DNA of 53,564 bases from a virus (Duplodnaviria > Caudoviricetes), in the IMG/VR virus record IMGVR_UViG_3300032893_000063, positions 1 to 53,564 of that record, one strand, 5' to 3'. The notes under the pieces are model-generated. The model was not told the DNA's origin, ran no database searches, and worked only from the letters and a program-made list of their open reading frames with translations. Numbering within the stretch: the first letter of the stretch is position 1; each line of letters opens with the position of its first letter. A program made the position numbers and the translations under genes. Shown here piece after piece: positions 20,891-30,700 of the stretch.

Positions 20891-21105
20891 TGTCGATCAG
20901 ATGTTTTGCTCAACAGACAATCATCGCCTTCCTGTTTGGATCGGAGGCTGCATTGGTACCACCGCCACCACCTGCTACCCCAGGGAATCAACCTGAGGAC
21001 GAGAAGGCGCTAAATTTTCCACAGCTTTTAGGATTTACAGCAAACTACAGCACCCAACCCATTACTCCGTCAACGGAGCCCGCAGATGAAAACACCCAGC
21101 CCTAA
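20890..21105 (+). CDS. Small hypothetical protein
   Basis: TAATG coupling with the upstream gene. Confidence 0.45.
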   Translation: MSIRCFAQQTIIAFLFGSEAALVPPPPPATPGNQPEDEKALNFPQLLGFTANYSTQPITPSTEPADENTQP

Positions 21106-21247
21106 ATTCGCCGCCGGGTTCAGGAAGACTGCCATGCATGAAGTTAAGGATATGCAGGAGCGGGCTATTTTCGCGATGAATGCTAAACACCCCAACTACA
21201 GCAAAAAGGGAATCCTTGCTATGCTGAGGCGAAGAGGTGTGAAGTGA
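21086..21247 (+). CDS. 53-aa basic protein, FxxGFxKTA family (not in ORF track)
   Basis: MKTPSPKFAAGFRKTAMHEV...; stop overlaps the next GTG start. Confidence 0.65.
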   Translation: MKTPSPKFAAGFRKTAMHEVKDMQERAIFAMNAKHPNYSKKGILAMLRRRGVK

Positions 21248-22119
21248 GTGTCACGATTAACTGGACGTCTTATGTCGACTCCACGGTAGATAGCTTTAAG
21301 ATCTATAGAGCTATCACAGGGATCAGTGTTCCGTTTCCTAATTCGCTGCAGACTGGGGACACCTTTTCGTTTTCAGCCACGAGCCAGACTGTTCAAAGAG
21401 TGACAATCGGGGCAACAGATATCGCGTCTGTGGCGGCGGCTATCAATAGCCAAGCACAAGGGCTCCAAGCCACTGCAAGCCAGTCGGGGCTTATTCTTTT
21501 CGTTCGTTGCACTGCAACAATTAACCCAAAGCTAAAACTCTATCCATGCCCTTTTTTGGCCCACACCGGAATCCCGGTCCAAATCGTTGTCCCCCAGCTT
21601 AATCCAACCCTGGTAACTACCGTGGCTTCGGTTACGCCACCCCACAATTACAGTTATGCCGATGCGGATGGCTCACCCTATGACTGGTACTACATTACCT
21701 CAGTTACCAGCTCAATAGAGAGCATTCCAAGTATCTGGCAACAGCCTTTAGTTACCCCGGGAACGCTCTGTGTGGTCGAAGGGCGAGTTAAAACGATTCA
21801 GAACAGCCCCATTGTGGGGGCGTTGGTCAAAGCCTCTCCAATTGGCGGTGTAGCGGTCTCAGATGATTCTGGGCTGACATTCCCGCCTATAACAGCCTAC
21901 TCTGATTCGTTTGGGCGTTGGACAATCCCAGTGCTGCAGGGCACCCAAATCCTGTTCCAGATCCCAGCAATCGGCTATAATCAAGTAGTTGAGATTCCGG
22001 CACAACCTTACATGCTCTTTAGTAATCTTGTGCCGGTGAATGATTATTACTTTAGCCCAGATGGGGACATTCTCGGGACCCCAACTGCAACTGCGGATTT
22101 TGAGAACCTAGATTTTTAA
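21244..22119 (+). CDS. Virion structural protein (FN3-like N-terminus, Ig-like C-terminus)
   Basis: INWTS...FKIYRA...WYYITSV...ES pattern. Confidence 0.6.
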   Translation: MSVTINWTSYVDSTVDSFKIYRAITGISVPFPNSLQTGDTFSFSATSQTVQRVTIGATDIASVAAAINSQAQGLQATASQSGLILFVRCTATINPKLKLYPCPFLAHTGIPVQIVVPQLNPTLVTTVASVTPPHNYSYADADGSPYDWYYITSVTSSIESIPSIWQQPLVTPGTLCVVEGRVKTIQNSPIVGALVKASPIGGVAVSDDSGLTFPPITAYSDSFGRWTIPVLQGTQILFQIPAIGYNQVVEIPAQPYMLFSNLVPVNDYYFSPDGDILGTPTATADFENLDF

Positions 22120-22131
22120 CGAAGGAAGCGG

Positions 22132-24009
22132 ATGTTAAGCGCCAACGACGGCTCACCAGATGTCGCAAGTCTAGACCCGAACCTTCGCTTAGTAGGCGAT
22201 AGGAACAGGACTCGCTACCCATCACCCTTCTTCGACGTTTCGCAGCAGTATGTCCCGCCCACGATTAAAGAGCTCTTCAAGTGGGTCTATTACTACGCGA
22301 CAAACAACTCCTTCCTTGGCCCGGCTCTTTCCAAGATCGCACGCTACCCGGTCACCGACCTTATCTTAGAAGATAACAATCCCGAGCTTGTTGAGAATTG
22401 GAAAATGCTCCTCAACAACACTCTCCAGATTAAGACGTTTCTCATGGAAACGAATCTCGATCTTGTAACTTACGGGAACGCCTTTGTTACGATTCACTAT
22501 CCTGCGGCACGCTTCATCAAATGCGAAAAGTGTCGCGAAACTTACCCTTGGAAGATGATCCAAAAGAAGATCGATAATCTTAGGATCAAAATCAAATGTC
22601 CCAAGTGTGGGTATGACGGCGACGCCATTATTAAAGACGCGCCCTACAAGTCTGCCGAAAACATCAGACTTGTGCGAATCAACCCAGAATTTATCGATAT
22701 TAAATATAACGACGCAACTGGACGCCACACCTATCTCTATTCAATTCCAGATAAGCTTAAGCGCCAGATTATGAGCGGTGATCCAGACATCCTGGAAGAC
22801 ACACCACAGATTTATATCGACGCAATTAAACAGAGAAAGAAGATTAAGCTCAGTACCCAGAACCTGTTTCATCTAAAGCGCCCCACCCTTGCCGGTAAGG
22901 ACATGGGCTGGGGAATGCCGCTGATTGCGGTAGCGCTGAAGGATCTCTACTACTTCTACACCCTCCGTCGCGGGCAGGAGGCTATCATTAATGAACACAT
23001 CGTACCGTTTGATGTCCTTTTTCCGCAGGCTAACGGAAAGTTTGATCCTTATGTCCACTCCGATCTTTCTTCCTGGAAACGAGAAATCGAAAGACAACTC
23101 GCCCACAGAAGAAAAGACCCTAACTATAAGGCTGTGCTCCCCTTTCCGGTTGGCTTTGAGCGTATTGGCGGAGACGGCAAGGCTCTTCTTCTAACACCGG
23201 AGCTCGACTTCTTAGCTAAGACCATCATTGGCTCTGTTGGCATACCGCAAGAGTTCGTCTTCGGCGGAACCATGAGCTGGACAGGCTCCAGCATTAGCTT
23301 AAGAACCCTGGAGAACGACTTCCTTCACCATCGCTCCCAACTTCTTCAGCTAACAATCTGGCTTGTCGAAAGACTCAGAATCTATCTGAGCATACCGACG
23401 CCAAAGACAATCAAGTTCTCCGATTTTAAGATGGCTGATGACATGCAGAAGCTTCAGCTCTTGATGGGAATGGCGTCAAATGACAAGCTTGATTGGGATA
23501 GCCTCCAAAAAGAGCTCGGCTACGACCCAGAAGTTATCAGAAAGAAAATCGAAGAACAGAAGCTCTTTGAAGCCAAAATGCTTGAGATTCAAACTGTACG
23601 CGCTGCCGAAGCTCAGGCCAAGGCTCAGAAAGTTCAAATGCGCTACATGCAGCAAATGCAAGAAGATGCCGTTGCGCAAAATGCTCAGATGGCTGACCAG
23701 ATGGGCGACGGTCAGGTCCCTGTTCCCGGAGCAGACCCGGAAGGGGAAGCGGCTGACGCTCAGGATAAGACCATCCAAACCTGGGCTAAAAAGTTAGTAG
23801 GACAAGACCCCAATACCCAAGCTCAAGCTCTCGCTAGGTTACACCAGCAATCCCCAGAATTTGCGGCAAAACTCAAACTCGCCATCTCACAACTTTCACA
23901 ACCTCAGATGCCAGAGGTATCGCAAGGACCGGCACAACCCACTCCGCAAGGAGCGGATATGCGCCCGCTTCCAACTCAGAGACCTCCTCGTAGAAAAGGA
24001 GGCGTCTGA
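22132..24009 (+). CDS. Putative portal protein with Zn-ribbon insertion
   Basis: 625 aa; DLVTYGNAFV, LFHLKRP...GWGMP, IGSVGIPQEFVFGG; CEKC...CPKC; Gln/Pro-rich tail. Confidence 0.7.
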   Translation: MLSANDGSPDVASLDPNLRLVGDRNRTRYPSPFFDVSQQYVPPTIKELFKWVYYYATNNSFLGPALSKIARYPVTDLILEDNNPELVENWKMLLNNTLQIKTFLMETNLDLVTYGNAFVTIHYPAARFIKCEKCRETYPWKMIQKKIDNLRIKIKCPKCGYDGDAIIKDAPYKSAENIRLVRINPEFIDIKYNDATGRHTYLYSIPDKLKRQIMSGDPDILEDTPQIYIDAIKQRKKIKLSTQNLFHLKRPTLAGKDMGWGMPLIAVALKDLYYFYTLRRGQEAIINEHIVPFDVLFPQANGKFDPYVHSDLSSWKREIERQLAHRRKDPNYKAVLPFPVGFERIGGDGKALLLTPELDFLAKTIIGSVGIPQEFVFGGTMSWTGSSISLRTLENDFLHHRSQLLQLTIWLVERLRIYLSIPTPKTIKFSDFKMADDMQKLQLLMGMASNDKLDWDSLQKELGYDPEVIRKKIEEQKLFEAKMLEIQTVRAAEAQAKAQKVQMRYMQQMQEDAVAQNAQMADQMGDGQVPVPGADPEGEAADAQDKTIQTWAKKLVGQDPNTQAQALARLHQQSPEFAAKLKLAISQLSQPQMPEVSQGPAQPTPQGADMRPLPTQRPPRRKGGV

Positions 24010-24392
24010 TGGACGAGCAAAGAGGACTTGTCCCTGGCTTAATGGGGGAGGCAGTTGCCTTTGAAAAAAGCCCATTCATTCAAGGTTTCCTGGCTGGTGT
24101 GAAAGGAGCTCTTCTGGGTGCTCCAGCGGGGGCGGCAGTCCAGCTTGCCCGAGGCAAGAGCCCGCTTCTAGGAGCGATTATCGGTGGATTGGGGACGGGC
24201 CTCATTAGCGGAGTTGCTAAAACTCTTGCCCAGAAAGTAGAAAATGTCGATGTTGAGGAAGCCATGAGATATCACGCCATGCAGCTTAAGGCGAGAGAGC
24301 CCATGATCTTCATGCCTCCCCCGGCTACGTTTGGAAGAATTTTCTCTCGAATGCACCAAAGAGAACACGCAGGATTCACACATGCTGATTGA
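24009..24392 (+). CDS. Gly-zipper small virion/membrane protein
   Basis: GALLGAPAGAA and GAIIGGLGTG motifs. Confidence 0.55.
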   Translation: MDEQRGLVPGLMGEAVAFEKSPFIQGFLAGVKGALLGAPAGAAVQLARGKSPLLGAIIGGLGTGLISGVAKTLAQKVENVDVEEAMRYHAMQLKAREPMIFMPPPATFGRIFSRMHQREHAGFTHAD

Positions 24393-24594
24393 AAAAACAG
24401 TGAGATCGATCAGACGCTTTGATCTTAACAACGCTTCCGATTTAGAAGAGTACAATCGCCTTCTTCAAAATCCAGCCGTTAAGATCATTGATCGGCAAAT
24501 TCTAGAAGAAAAAGAAGCTCACTTTGAGAAGGACTTTAGCGAGACCTCAACCCACCACGTAGCTTACTTGGAGATTGAGGAATGCAGTTTGTAA
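24382..24594 (+). CDS. Small hypothetical protein
   Basis: Start MLIEKT overlaps the upstream stop region. Confidence 0.55.
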   Translation: MLIEKTVRSIRRFDLNNASDLEEYNRLLQNPAVKIIDRQILEEKEAHFEKDFSETSTHHVAYLEIEECSL

Positions 24595-25031
24595 CGGGAT
24601 TTAAAAAAACAGCTGCCTATGGGGCTTCGACTCTCTCCGGGGACACTGGCCAGGGATTCAAGGTGGTCGATACCGAGCCTATGCCTTTTGTAGCTGGTGC
24701 GGGAGGAATGTCCCCCTCCGGGATTCCAAGCTATAAGCCCACCGAAACAAGTAAGGTCCCGTGGTCGCCCTACAAGAGTCGTAAGGCAGCCGAAAAGGCG
24801 AGAGCTCTTGAAATTGCCATGCTAAGCAAAATGGCTTCGCAAGGCGACCCCCGTGATCCTACAGCTTACGTGGGCAATCAGGGACAGGGGGCAGATACCC
24901 TAGTGTCCCAATTAAAGTACGAGACGGGGTACAATAACATCACGGAAGATATGGGTTATAATAAGGTGAAATACAAAGATAGCCCAACTCTCAAGCGACT
25001 AAAGAGATACCGAAAGGGAGCAGAAAGATGA
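24582..25031 (+). CDS. FxxGFxKTA-family protein
   Basis: MQFVTGFKKTAA. Confidence 0.65.
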   Translation: MQFVTGFKKTAAYGASTLSGDTGQGFKVVDTEPMPFVAGAGGMSPSGIPSYKPTETSKVPWSPYKSRKAAEKARALEIAMLSKMASQGDPRDPTAYVGNQGQGADTLVSQLKYETGYNNITEDMGYNKVKYKDSPTLKRLKRYRKGAER

Positions 25032-25402
25032 ACTCATTTGTGAAGGGATTTGAGAAGACAGCGGCTGGTGCTGCCGCCGCTAAAGGATGGGGGGAAACCC
25101 TTAAGCGCGGGCTTGTTGGCGCAAAGCAAATGGGTGGGGGATTTATGAAGGGCCTTAAGGCAAGCGGAGACGTTGCTCTTAAGGAACATCTTTCCCCAGG
25201 CACGGCTCTCAAACACATCCAGGATGCGACCAAGGGAACGCTGAAGACACAAAGGGGACGACAACAAATTGGTGAAGCTCTTGGGAAAGCTGCCCCATCC
25301 GTAGCTGCAACCGGTGCGTACGCTTATGGAGCCAAGAAGCTTTACGATAAGACGCTAGGGAACAGTGATCAGAAAAGCTACGCTCCGGGAGGCTACTACT
25401 AA
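25028..25402 (+). CDS. FxxGFxKTA-family protein
   Basis: MNSFVKGFEKTAA; basic and Ala/Gly-rich. Confidence 0.65.
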   Translation: MNSFVKGFEKTAAGAAAAKGWGETLKRGLVGAKQMGGGFMKGLKASGDVALKEHLSPGTALKHIQDATKGTLKTQRGRQQIGEALGKAAPSVAATGAYAYGAKKLYDKTLGNSDQKSYAPGGYY

Positions 25403-25584
25403 TGGCATTTACGAAGGGATTTGTAAAAACAGCTCAAGGTCTTGGAGACATGATCAACGCCAACATTACCAAGGCAATGGGTAACGTAGGGAAAGCTGTA
25501 CCAAGACCTCCCACACCGCCTGCCACTACAAGCGTCATGGGACAAGCCTTTGGTAGCATCCGCAAAGCATTCGGCGGAGCCTGA
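25402..25584 (+). CDS. FxxGFxKTA-family protein
   Basis: MAFTKGFVKTAQ. Confidence 0.65.
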   Translation: MAFTKGFVKTAQGLGDMINANITKAMGNVGKAVPRPPTPPATTSVMGQAFGSIRKAFGGA

Positions 25585-25585
25585 T

Positions 25586-25617
25586 AGCTAAAAAAGAGGG
25601 GCCGTGACGCCCCTCTT
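25586..25617 (-). terminator. Intrinsic terminator: hairpin then T-tract and AGCT
   Basis: Stem aagaggggc/gcccctctt at a convergent junction. Confidence 0.8.
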
Positions 25618-25619
25618 AA

Positions 25620-25850
25620 TCATGACAGAAGCCCTTCAAGCTCTGTCTTGATTATATTCTCTACCCCCATAATCGCCTTCACAGTGTCCGCACTGAATGG
25701 AACTTCCTTGGCAGAATAGCCATCGTTGAAGTCCTGTGAGGCGATCTCCCTGTCCCCCATCATAACTGCGTACTTACCAGCCACTTTGGGGAGCTTTGTT
25801 TTCTCGTCCTGCACGACCTTCCAGCTTTTCAGAACCAGCTGGCACTGCAT
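25620..25850 (-). CDS. Hypothetical early protein
   Basis: Coupled ORF in a - strand island. Confidence 0.6.
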   Translation of the reverse strand: MQCQLVLKSWKVVQDEKTKLPKVAGKYAVMMGDREIASQDFNDGYSAKEVPFSADTVKAIMGVENIIKTELEGLLS

Positions 25851-26065
25851 CAGAGCTCCAGCTTCACAGGTTCGGGGAGTTCAAGCTTCTTCAGCTCAGC
25901 CTTGTCATCTGCGATCTTCTGTTGAAGATGCCTGATCTCGGCTTCGCTATTTACGATACGCTCAACAAGCTGGCGAACACGATCCTCACATTTTTTCTCG
26001 TTCCGCTCGTTAATTTCATCGACCACCTTATTCACAACGCCAGAGGCGCTACGATTATCACTCAC
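25850..26065 (-). CDS. Hypothetical coiled-coil protein
   Basis: Heptad pattern; coupled start/stop. Confidence 0.6.
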   Translation of the reverse strand: MSDNRSASGVVNKVVDEINERNEKKCEDRVRQLVERIVNSEAEIRHLQQKIADDKAELKKLELPEPVKLEL

Positions 26066-26412
26066 GTTTTACCTACTCTTTCTATGGCTTCTAGAGCCGC
26101 TGCTGGGACACTTTCTGCGGGAACAATTGCGAGACGTTCCGGAAACTGAAGCGTAACAATTCTGGAGTTTGCCCTCCACGGCTGATCTGCAGTCCACCCA
26201 CGATAGACCCCCTTAACTTGAACAGTTGCCGGAGCTTCATCGGGGTTTTTGGGATCTTTCTCCCAGAAGTATACTGCGGATTTCTTTCGAGTAAGGCCAA
26301 CGACCTTACCCAGATGAAGAACCGCAGACCGACCAGCCAACGCAGCGTAGACGATGTAATCCCCCTCGATGATACTGCGGCCAGTAACATCCTTATGATC
26401 TACTGTTCTCAA
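26062..26412 (-). CDS. Hypothetical protein (SH3/KOW-like)
   Basis: DVTGRSIIEGDYIVY...GKVVG. Confidence 0.55.
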   Translation of the reverse strand: MRTVDHKDVTGRSIIEGDYIVYAALAGRSAVLHLGKVVGLTRKKSAVYFWEKDPKNPDEAPATVQVKGVYRGWTADQPWRANSRIVTLQFPERLAIVPAESVPAAALEAIERVGKT

Positions 26413-26828
26413 TCAACCCTCTCAATCGTCCCATAATCGGTGATCTCTTCTACGACCCAGGTGCTTGTATCTTCAATGGTATGCCCGTACTCGGTTCCCA
26501 AAGATTGGGATACCGAGAGCGCAGCTGCAAGTTCCTTCGCCTCCTCTGGATTCCTTGCCTCCACCCCCACCGTGTTAACCCACACTTCTCTGATCCCTAC
26601 ATGGTATCTTTTGAGCTTTTTGGAAGAGCTGTCTTTTGTGTTTCCGCTCTCGATGTCCTTTGAGTCTTCCCTCTGTTTTGAAGGCTTTTCCGCAGAAGTC
26701 ACAGATGTTCCCTCCTTTTGGCATGACTGCCTCCAAGAGCGAAGCTTGGCTATCGATCTCTTTAGATTTACGGTAGCTTCGTATAGCGGATTCATGTTTA
26801 TTGAGGATTTCTTTGATTGTCTCTTCAT
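26409..26828 (-). CDS. Hypothetical protein; C-terminal VEARNPEEAKELA domain
   Basis: C-half is a common small phage domain; start uncertain because of a 254-nt overlap. Confidence 0.45.
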   Translation of the reverse strand: MKRQSKKSSINMNPLYEATVNLKRSIAKLRSWRQSCQKEGTSVTSAEKPSKQREDSKDIESGNTKDSSSKKLKRYHVGIREVWVNTVGVEARNPEEAKELAAALSVSQSLGTEYGHTIEDTSTWVVEEITDYGTIERVD

Positions 26829-27012
26829 TTTTCATCGCCCATTCGAAAAAGTCTTTGCAGTTGACCTTACAAACCCCTTTCGCCCGCAAGGCGATGCACG
26901 CATGAGAGTGCTTCTGGTGCAAGAAAAGGGGGCAGTGGAGAATTTTATAGGGAAGGCTTGGGGCCTTTTCCTTGAAGGAAGTCTGTAGCGGCTTTCTTCT
27001 TGTCTTCATCAC
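26575..27012 (-). CDS. C2H2 zinc-finger protein
   Basis: CDFCGKAFKTEGRLKGHRERKH. Confidence 0.6.
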   Translation of the reverse strand: MMKTRRKPLQTSFKEKAPSLPYKILHCPLFLHQKHSHACIALRAKGVCKVNCKDFFEWAMKNEETIKEILNKHESAIRSYRKSKEIDSQASLLEAVMPKGGNICDFCGKAFKTEGRLKGHRERKHKRQLFQKAQKIPCRDQRSVG

Positions 27013-27220
27013 GGATAGCCCTCCACAGTTTGATGAATCGAGTTCTCAGCCTCTGCTTTGGAAAAGAGAATACGTAACAGTATTCTTTCCCAAACATAGT
27101 ATTGAGAACGGAGTAATCAAGTGCCTTTCCGTCGCACTCCTGACAAGCCAGCAGCTCTACAAAAATTCTCCGAGCTTCCGGCACAGTGACGACATACTTA
27201 AACTGAGGTTTCTTTCTCAT
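26945..27220 (-). CDS. Hypothetical protein
   Basis: 91-aa ORF in the island. Confidence 0.5.
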   Translation of the reverse strand: MRKKPQFKYVVTVPEARRIFVELLACQECDGKALDYSVLNTMFGKEYCYVFSFPKQRLRTRFIKLWRAIRDEDKKKAATDFLQGKGPKPSL

Positions 27221-27223
27221 AGA

Positions 27224-27610
27224 TCACCAAGTCAAGCCACTGTTGTAGTGCCTTGAAAACGGATCGCCATAATTTTGATTTGAAGTCTGGGGAGCTGCGG
27301 TCTTGTGTTTAGAAAGACCCTCCGTTGCTGAACTGAGTACTTGATTGCAGATTTCTACGATGAAGTTGAATAGAGAGAGAAGAAGCGCCTTCTTGGTAAA
27401 ATCCCAAAGAACGCCCATGAGCCTCCAAGCCAAGCTTTTAATTTTTTCGAGCCAAGCCCAATTCCTGGTCTTCTTTGCCAGGAAGGCTTGGTTTTCTAAA
27501 CTTCGTGCTGTTCCTAAAAGATCCTTGGCTTCCGCTGCCAGAGTTGGTTTGGTCGCCACCGGTTCTTTGGTAGCCTCCTCAAAGGGGGGACTATCAAAGG
27601 GATTTGCCAT
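27224..27610 (-). CDS. Hypothetical early protein
   Basis: GGAGG RBS before MANPFDS at 27610. Confidence 0.6.
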   Translation of the reverse strand: MANPFDSPPFEEATKEPVATKPTLAAEAKDLLGTARSLENQAFLAKKTRNWAWLEKIKSLAWRLMGVLWDFTKKALLLSLFNFIVEICNQVLSSATEGLSKHKTAAPQTSNQNYGDPFSRHYNSGLTW

Positions 27611-27674
27611 CCGAGCCTCCTTGTTGTGCTGGGTAATCTCAGGTAAACTCAAGCTAATGTGTCTACCCAAAGTC

Positions 27675-27682
27675 CTTATACC
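27675..27682 (-). promoter_or_regulatory. Conserved phage promoter GGTATAAG
   Basis: Same 8-mer; divergent from the RNAP gene. Confidence 0.75.
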
Positions 27683-27720
27683 AACAATGCCTTCTTTTTT
27701 TACTAACTAATTGAAATCAA

Positions 27721-30700
27721 ATGAGAACTTTCTCTGGTCCAGAACAGTTTGATGCGCTCAAGAAAACGGTCGTCGAGTCGTATCAGAAGCTTTTCCCGGT
27801 ACAGAAAGATCCTAACGGAGCAAGTCTCCACCTCAATAAAATCTGGGTGGACGATCAAGCGCTTGACCCACACGACTATGTAGACCAGAAGAAAACCCGT
27901 CTAGCGGGCAATACCTGGGGAGCTCCAGTCTACGCTTCTCTTGAACTTAGAGACGGCACCGGTAAGGTCGTCGATCGCATGGAGAAAGTTCGTCTAGCGA
28001 CTATCCCAAGACTGACCCCACGTGGCTCCTACATCGTAGGTGGAAACGAATACCAGGTTGCTAACCAGCTCCGAATGAAAATGGGTCCTTATGTTGTTCG
28101 TACTCAAAAGGGTGACCAATATAAGGCTGTCTTGAGTCTGGGCGGTGAATTTAATAAGCGTCCCGAAATCCACTTTGACCCTATATCCAATAAATACACC
28201 GCTGTGATCGATCAAAGCAGGATGCCTTTGTACCCCCTCATGCACGCCATGGGAGTAAGTGACGAGGAGATGAGAAAAAACTGGGGTCCGGAGATTTTTG
28301 CAGCTAACCGTGTAGATCCCGATAAATATGTTCTCCGTTTTGCCGAGAAACTGACCAGAACGAAAACAGACAATCCCCAGACCGCTTCTGAAGCAATCAA
28401 GGCTTACGCCAAGACTGCGGTGACCGACCCCAAGGTTTCAGAAGTAACGCTTGGGAAAGCCTACCCGCACCTTCACCCAGGAATGCTTCTTGATACGAGC
28501 AAAAAGCTTTTAAACGTTTATCAGGAAAAGGCAGAACCAGACGATCCGGAAAACCTTCTTTTTAAAGAAGTCCTCTCCGCAGATGATATGTTGAGAGACT
28601 CCCTCTCTCAAAAGCAAAAGGTTAATAACCTTAAATTCATGTTGGCAAGGCACCTCGGTAAGAGGACTGCAATTAAAGACATGATTAACTTTAAGAAGCT
28701 CTCCGCCCCAGTGGAGTACTTCTTTACGCACGATGATCGTGTTTCTACCCCGGAACAGTACAACCCTGTTCACATGCTCTCAGAGACGCACAAGCTTACT
28801 ATGACCGGTACCGGGGGTATTAAAGATCCTCACACGATCATGCCAGAGATTCGTGAGGTTCATCCCTCTCACGTAGGATTTGTTGATCCCGTCCATACGC
28901 CTGAATCCGAAAAGATCGGCGTCATGCTTCATCTTACGACTGGAGCAATGAAAGAAGGGCGGGATGTCAAAACCCCAGTTATCAACACAAGAACTGGAAA
29001 GACAGAGTATCTTACGCCCCTAGAGCTTTATCGAAAGAATGTGGCTTTTCCTGACGAAGCCAAGCTCTCAGACGGGAAAGTCCAGTGGCGCTCTAGTCAG
29101 GTTAAAACACAAAAACTGGGGAAGCTAGGAGTCGTCAAACCATCCGAAGTAGAGTATGTGCTCCCCTCTCAGGCGACTCTTTTTAGCCACTCTACGAACC
29201 TGATCCCCTTTTTACAGAACGATCAGGGAAACCGCGCCATGATGGGCACCAAACATCTTGGGCAGGCAATCCCGCTCGTTGCCAGGGAAGCTCCTCTTGT
29301 TCAAACTGATATTGGGAATGGAACTACATTCCATAAGGCAATCGGAGAGCAATTCTCAGTTCATGCCCCAGTCGATGGTAAAGTAACCAAAGTCACACCA
29401 GATCATATTGAAATCGGAAAGACTAGAATCCCCCTTTACAACGATTTCCCGCTGAACCAGAAGACTTACCTTCACCACGAACCGGTAGTAAAAGTGGGAG
29501 ACACCGTTAGGAAAGGACAGCTTCTTGCTGATTCCAATTTCACTAAGAACGGGACTCTGGCTCTGGGGAAAAATCTTACTGTTGCTTACGTCCCTTATCC
29601 CGGACTTACATTTGAAGACGGCATCGTAATCACCGAAAGCGCTGCCAAGAAGCTCGCTTCTCAGAACATCTATAAGCATACTTTTGAAGTCGAATCCGGA
29701 ACGAGAATGGCTGACTTCAAAAAGTACACTGCTTATTACCCGAATACAGTAAGCAAAGAACTAAAATCCAAGTTCGACGAAGATGGGGTCATCCGCAAAG
29801 GATCGCTTGTTAACCCAAATGATCTTCTGATCATGGGGCTTAAATACGATCTCGCTAGCCCAGAGAATGCCACCCTTCGCAGGATCAACAAAGCTCTCCA
29901 AAAGCCTTGGTCCAATGCTGGGGTGAAATATAAGGGAGAGTTCCAAGGCGTTGTCACCGACGTAGTGAAAAGAGCCGGACAGATCGATGTCTTCGTAAAG
30001 GCAGTCGAGCCTGCAAAAGAATCAGACAAATTATCCGGGGTACACGGTAACAAGGGTGTAATCACTAAAATCCTCCCCGACAATGAGGCCCCAAGATTAG
30101 CCAATGGAACTATTCCAGACGTGCTGCTAAACCCTCATGGCATTATCGGTCGTATTAACCTAGGCCAAATCTACGAAAGTGCCGCATCTAAGATCGCAGA
30201 AAAAACCGGTAAGCCTTATGTAGTAAAGAACTTTTCTGGGGAAAACATAAACGACAAGATCCAAGAAGAGCTTAAAAAGCACGGAATTTCCGACATGGAA
30301 GAGATGATTCTTCCTAACGGGAAATCTATCGGAAAAGTAAGTGTAGGTAAGCCTTATATTCTTAGACTCGCTAAAACAGGCAAGTCCGGATTCTCAGCTC
30401 GCATGCCGATGACAAGCTACGACTTAAACCGACAACCTGTGAAGGGCGGGGAAGAGGGCACTAAGGCTCTGGACCTGATGACTTTCTATTCGATGCTTTC
30501 CCACGGGGCTAAAAAGAACCTGATTGATGCTCACCAGAAGAGCGAACAAAACGACGAGTATTGGCATGCCATCGAAATGGGTAAACCGCTTCCGGCCCCA
30601 AAGCCCACTTTCGCATTTAATAAATTCATTTCGCTTCTGCATGGGGCTGGAATAAATACGGTTAAGCAAGGCCAAGATGTGGTGCTAGCCCCTCTTACGG

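Noticed and set aside
432-24009. Many short opposite-strand or alternative-frame ORFs inside structural genes
   Set aside because: Shadow ORFs of long coding sequences, lacking RBS or motifs
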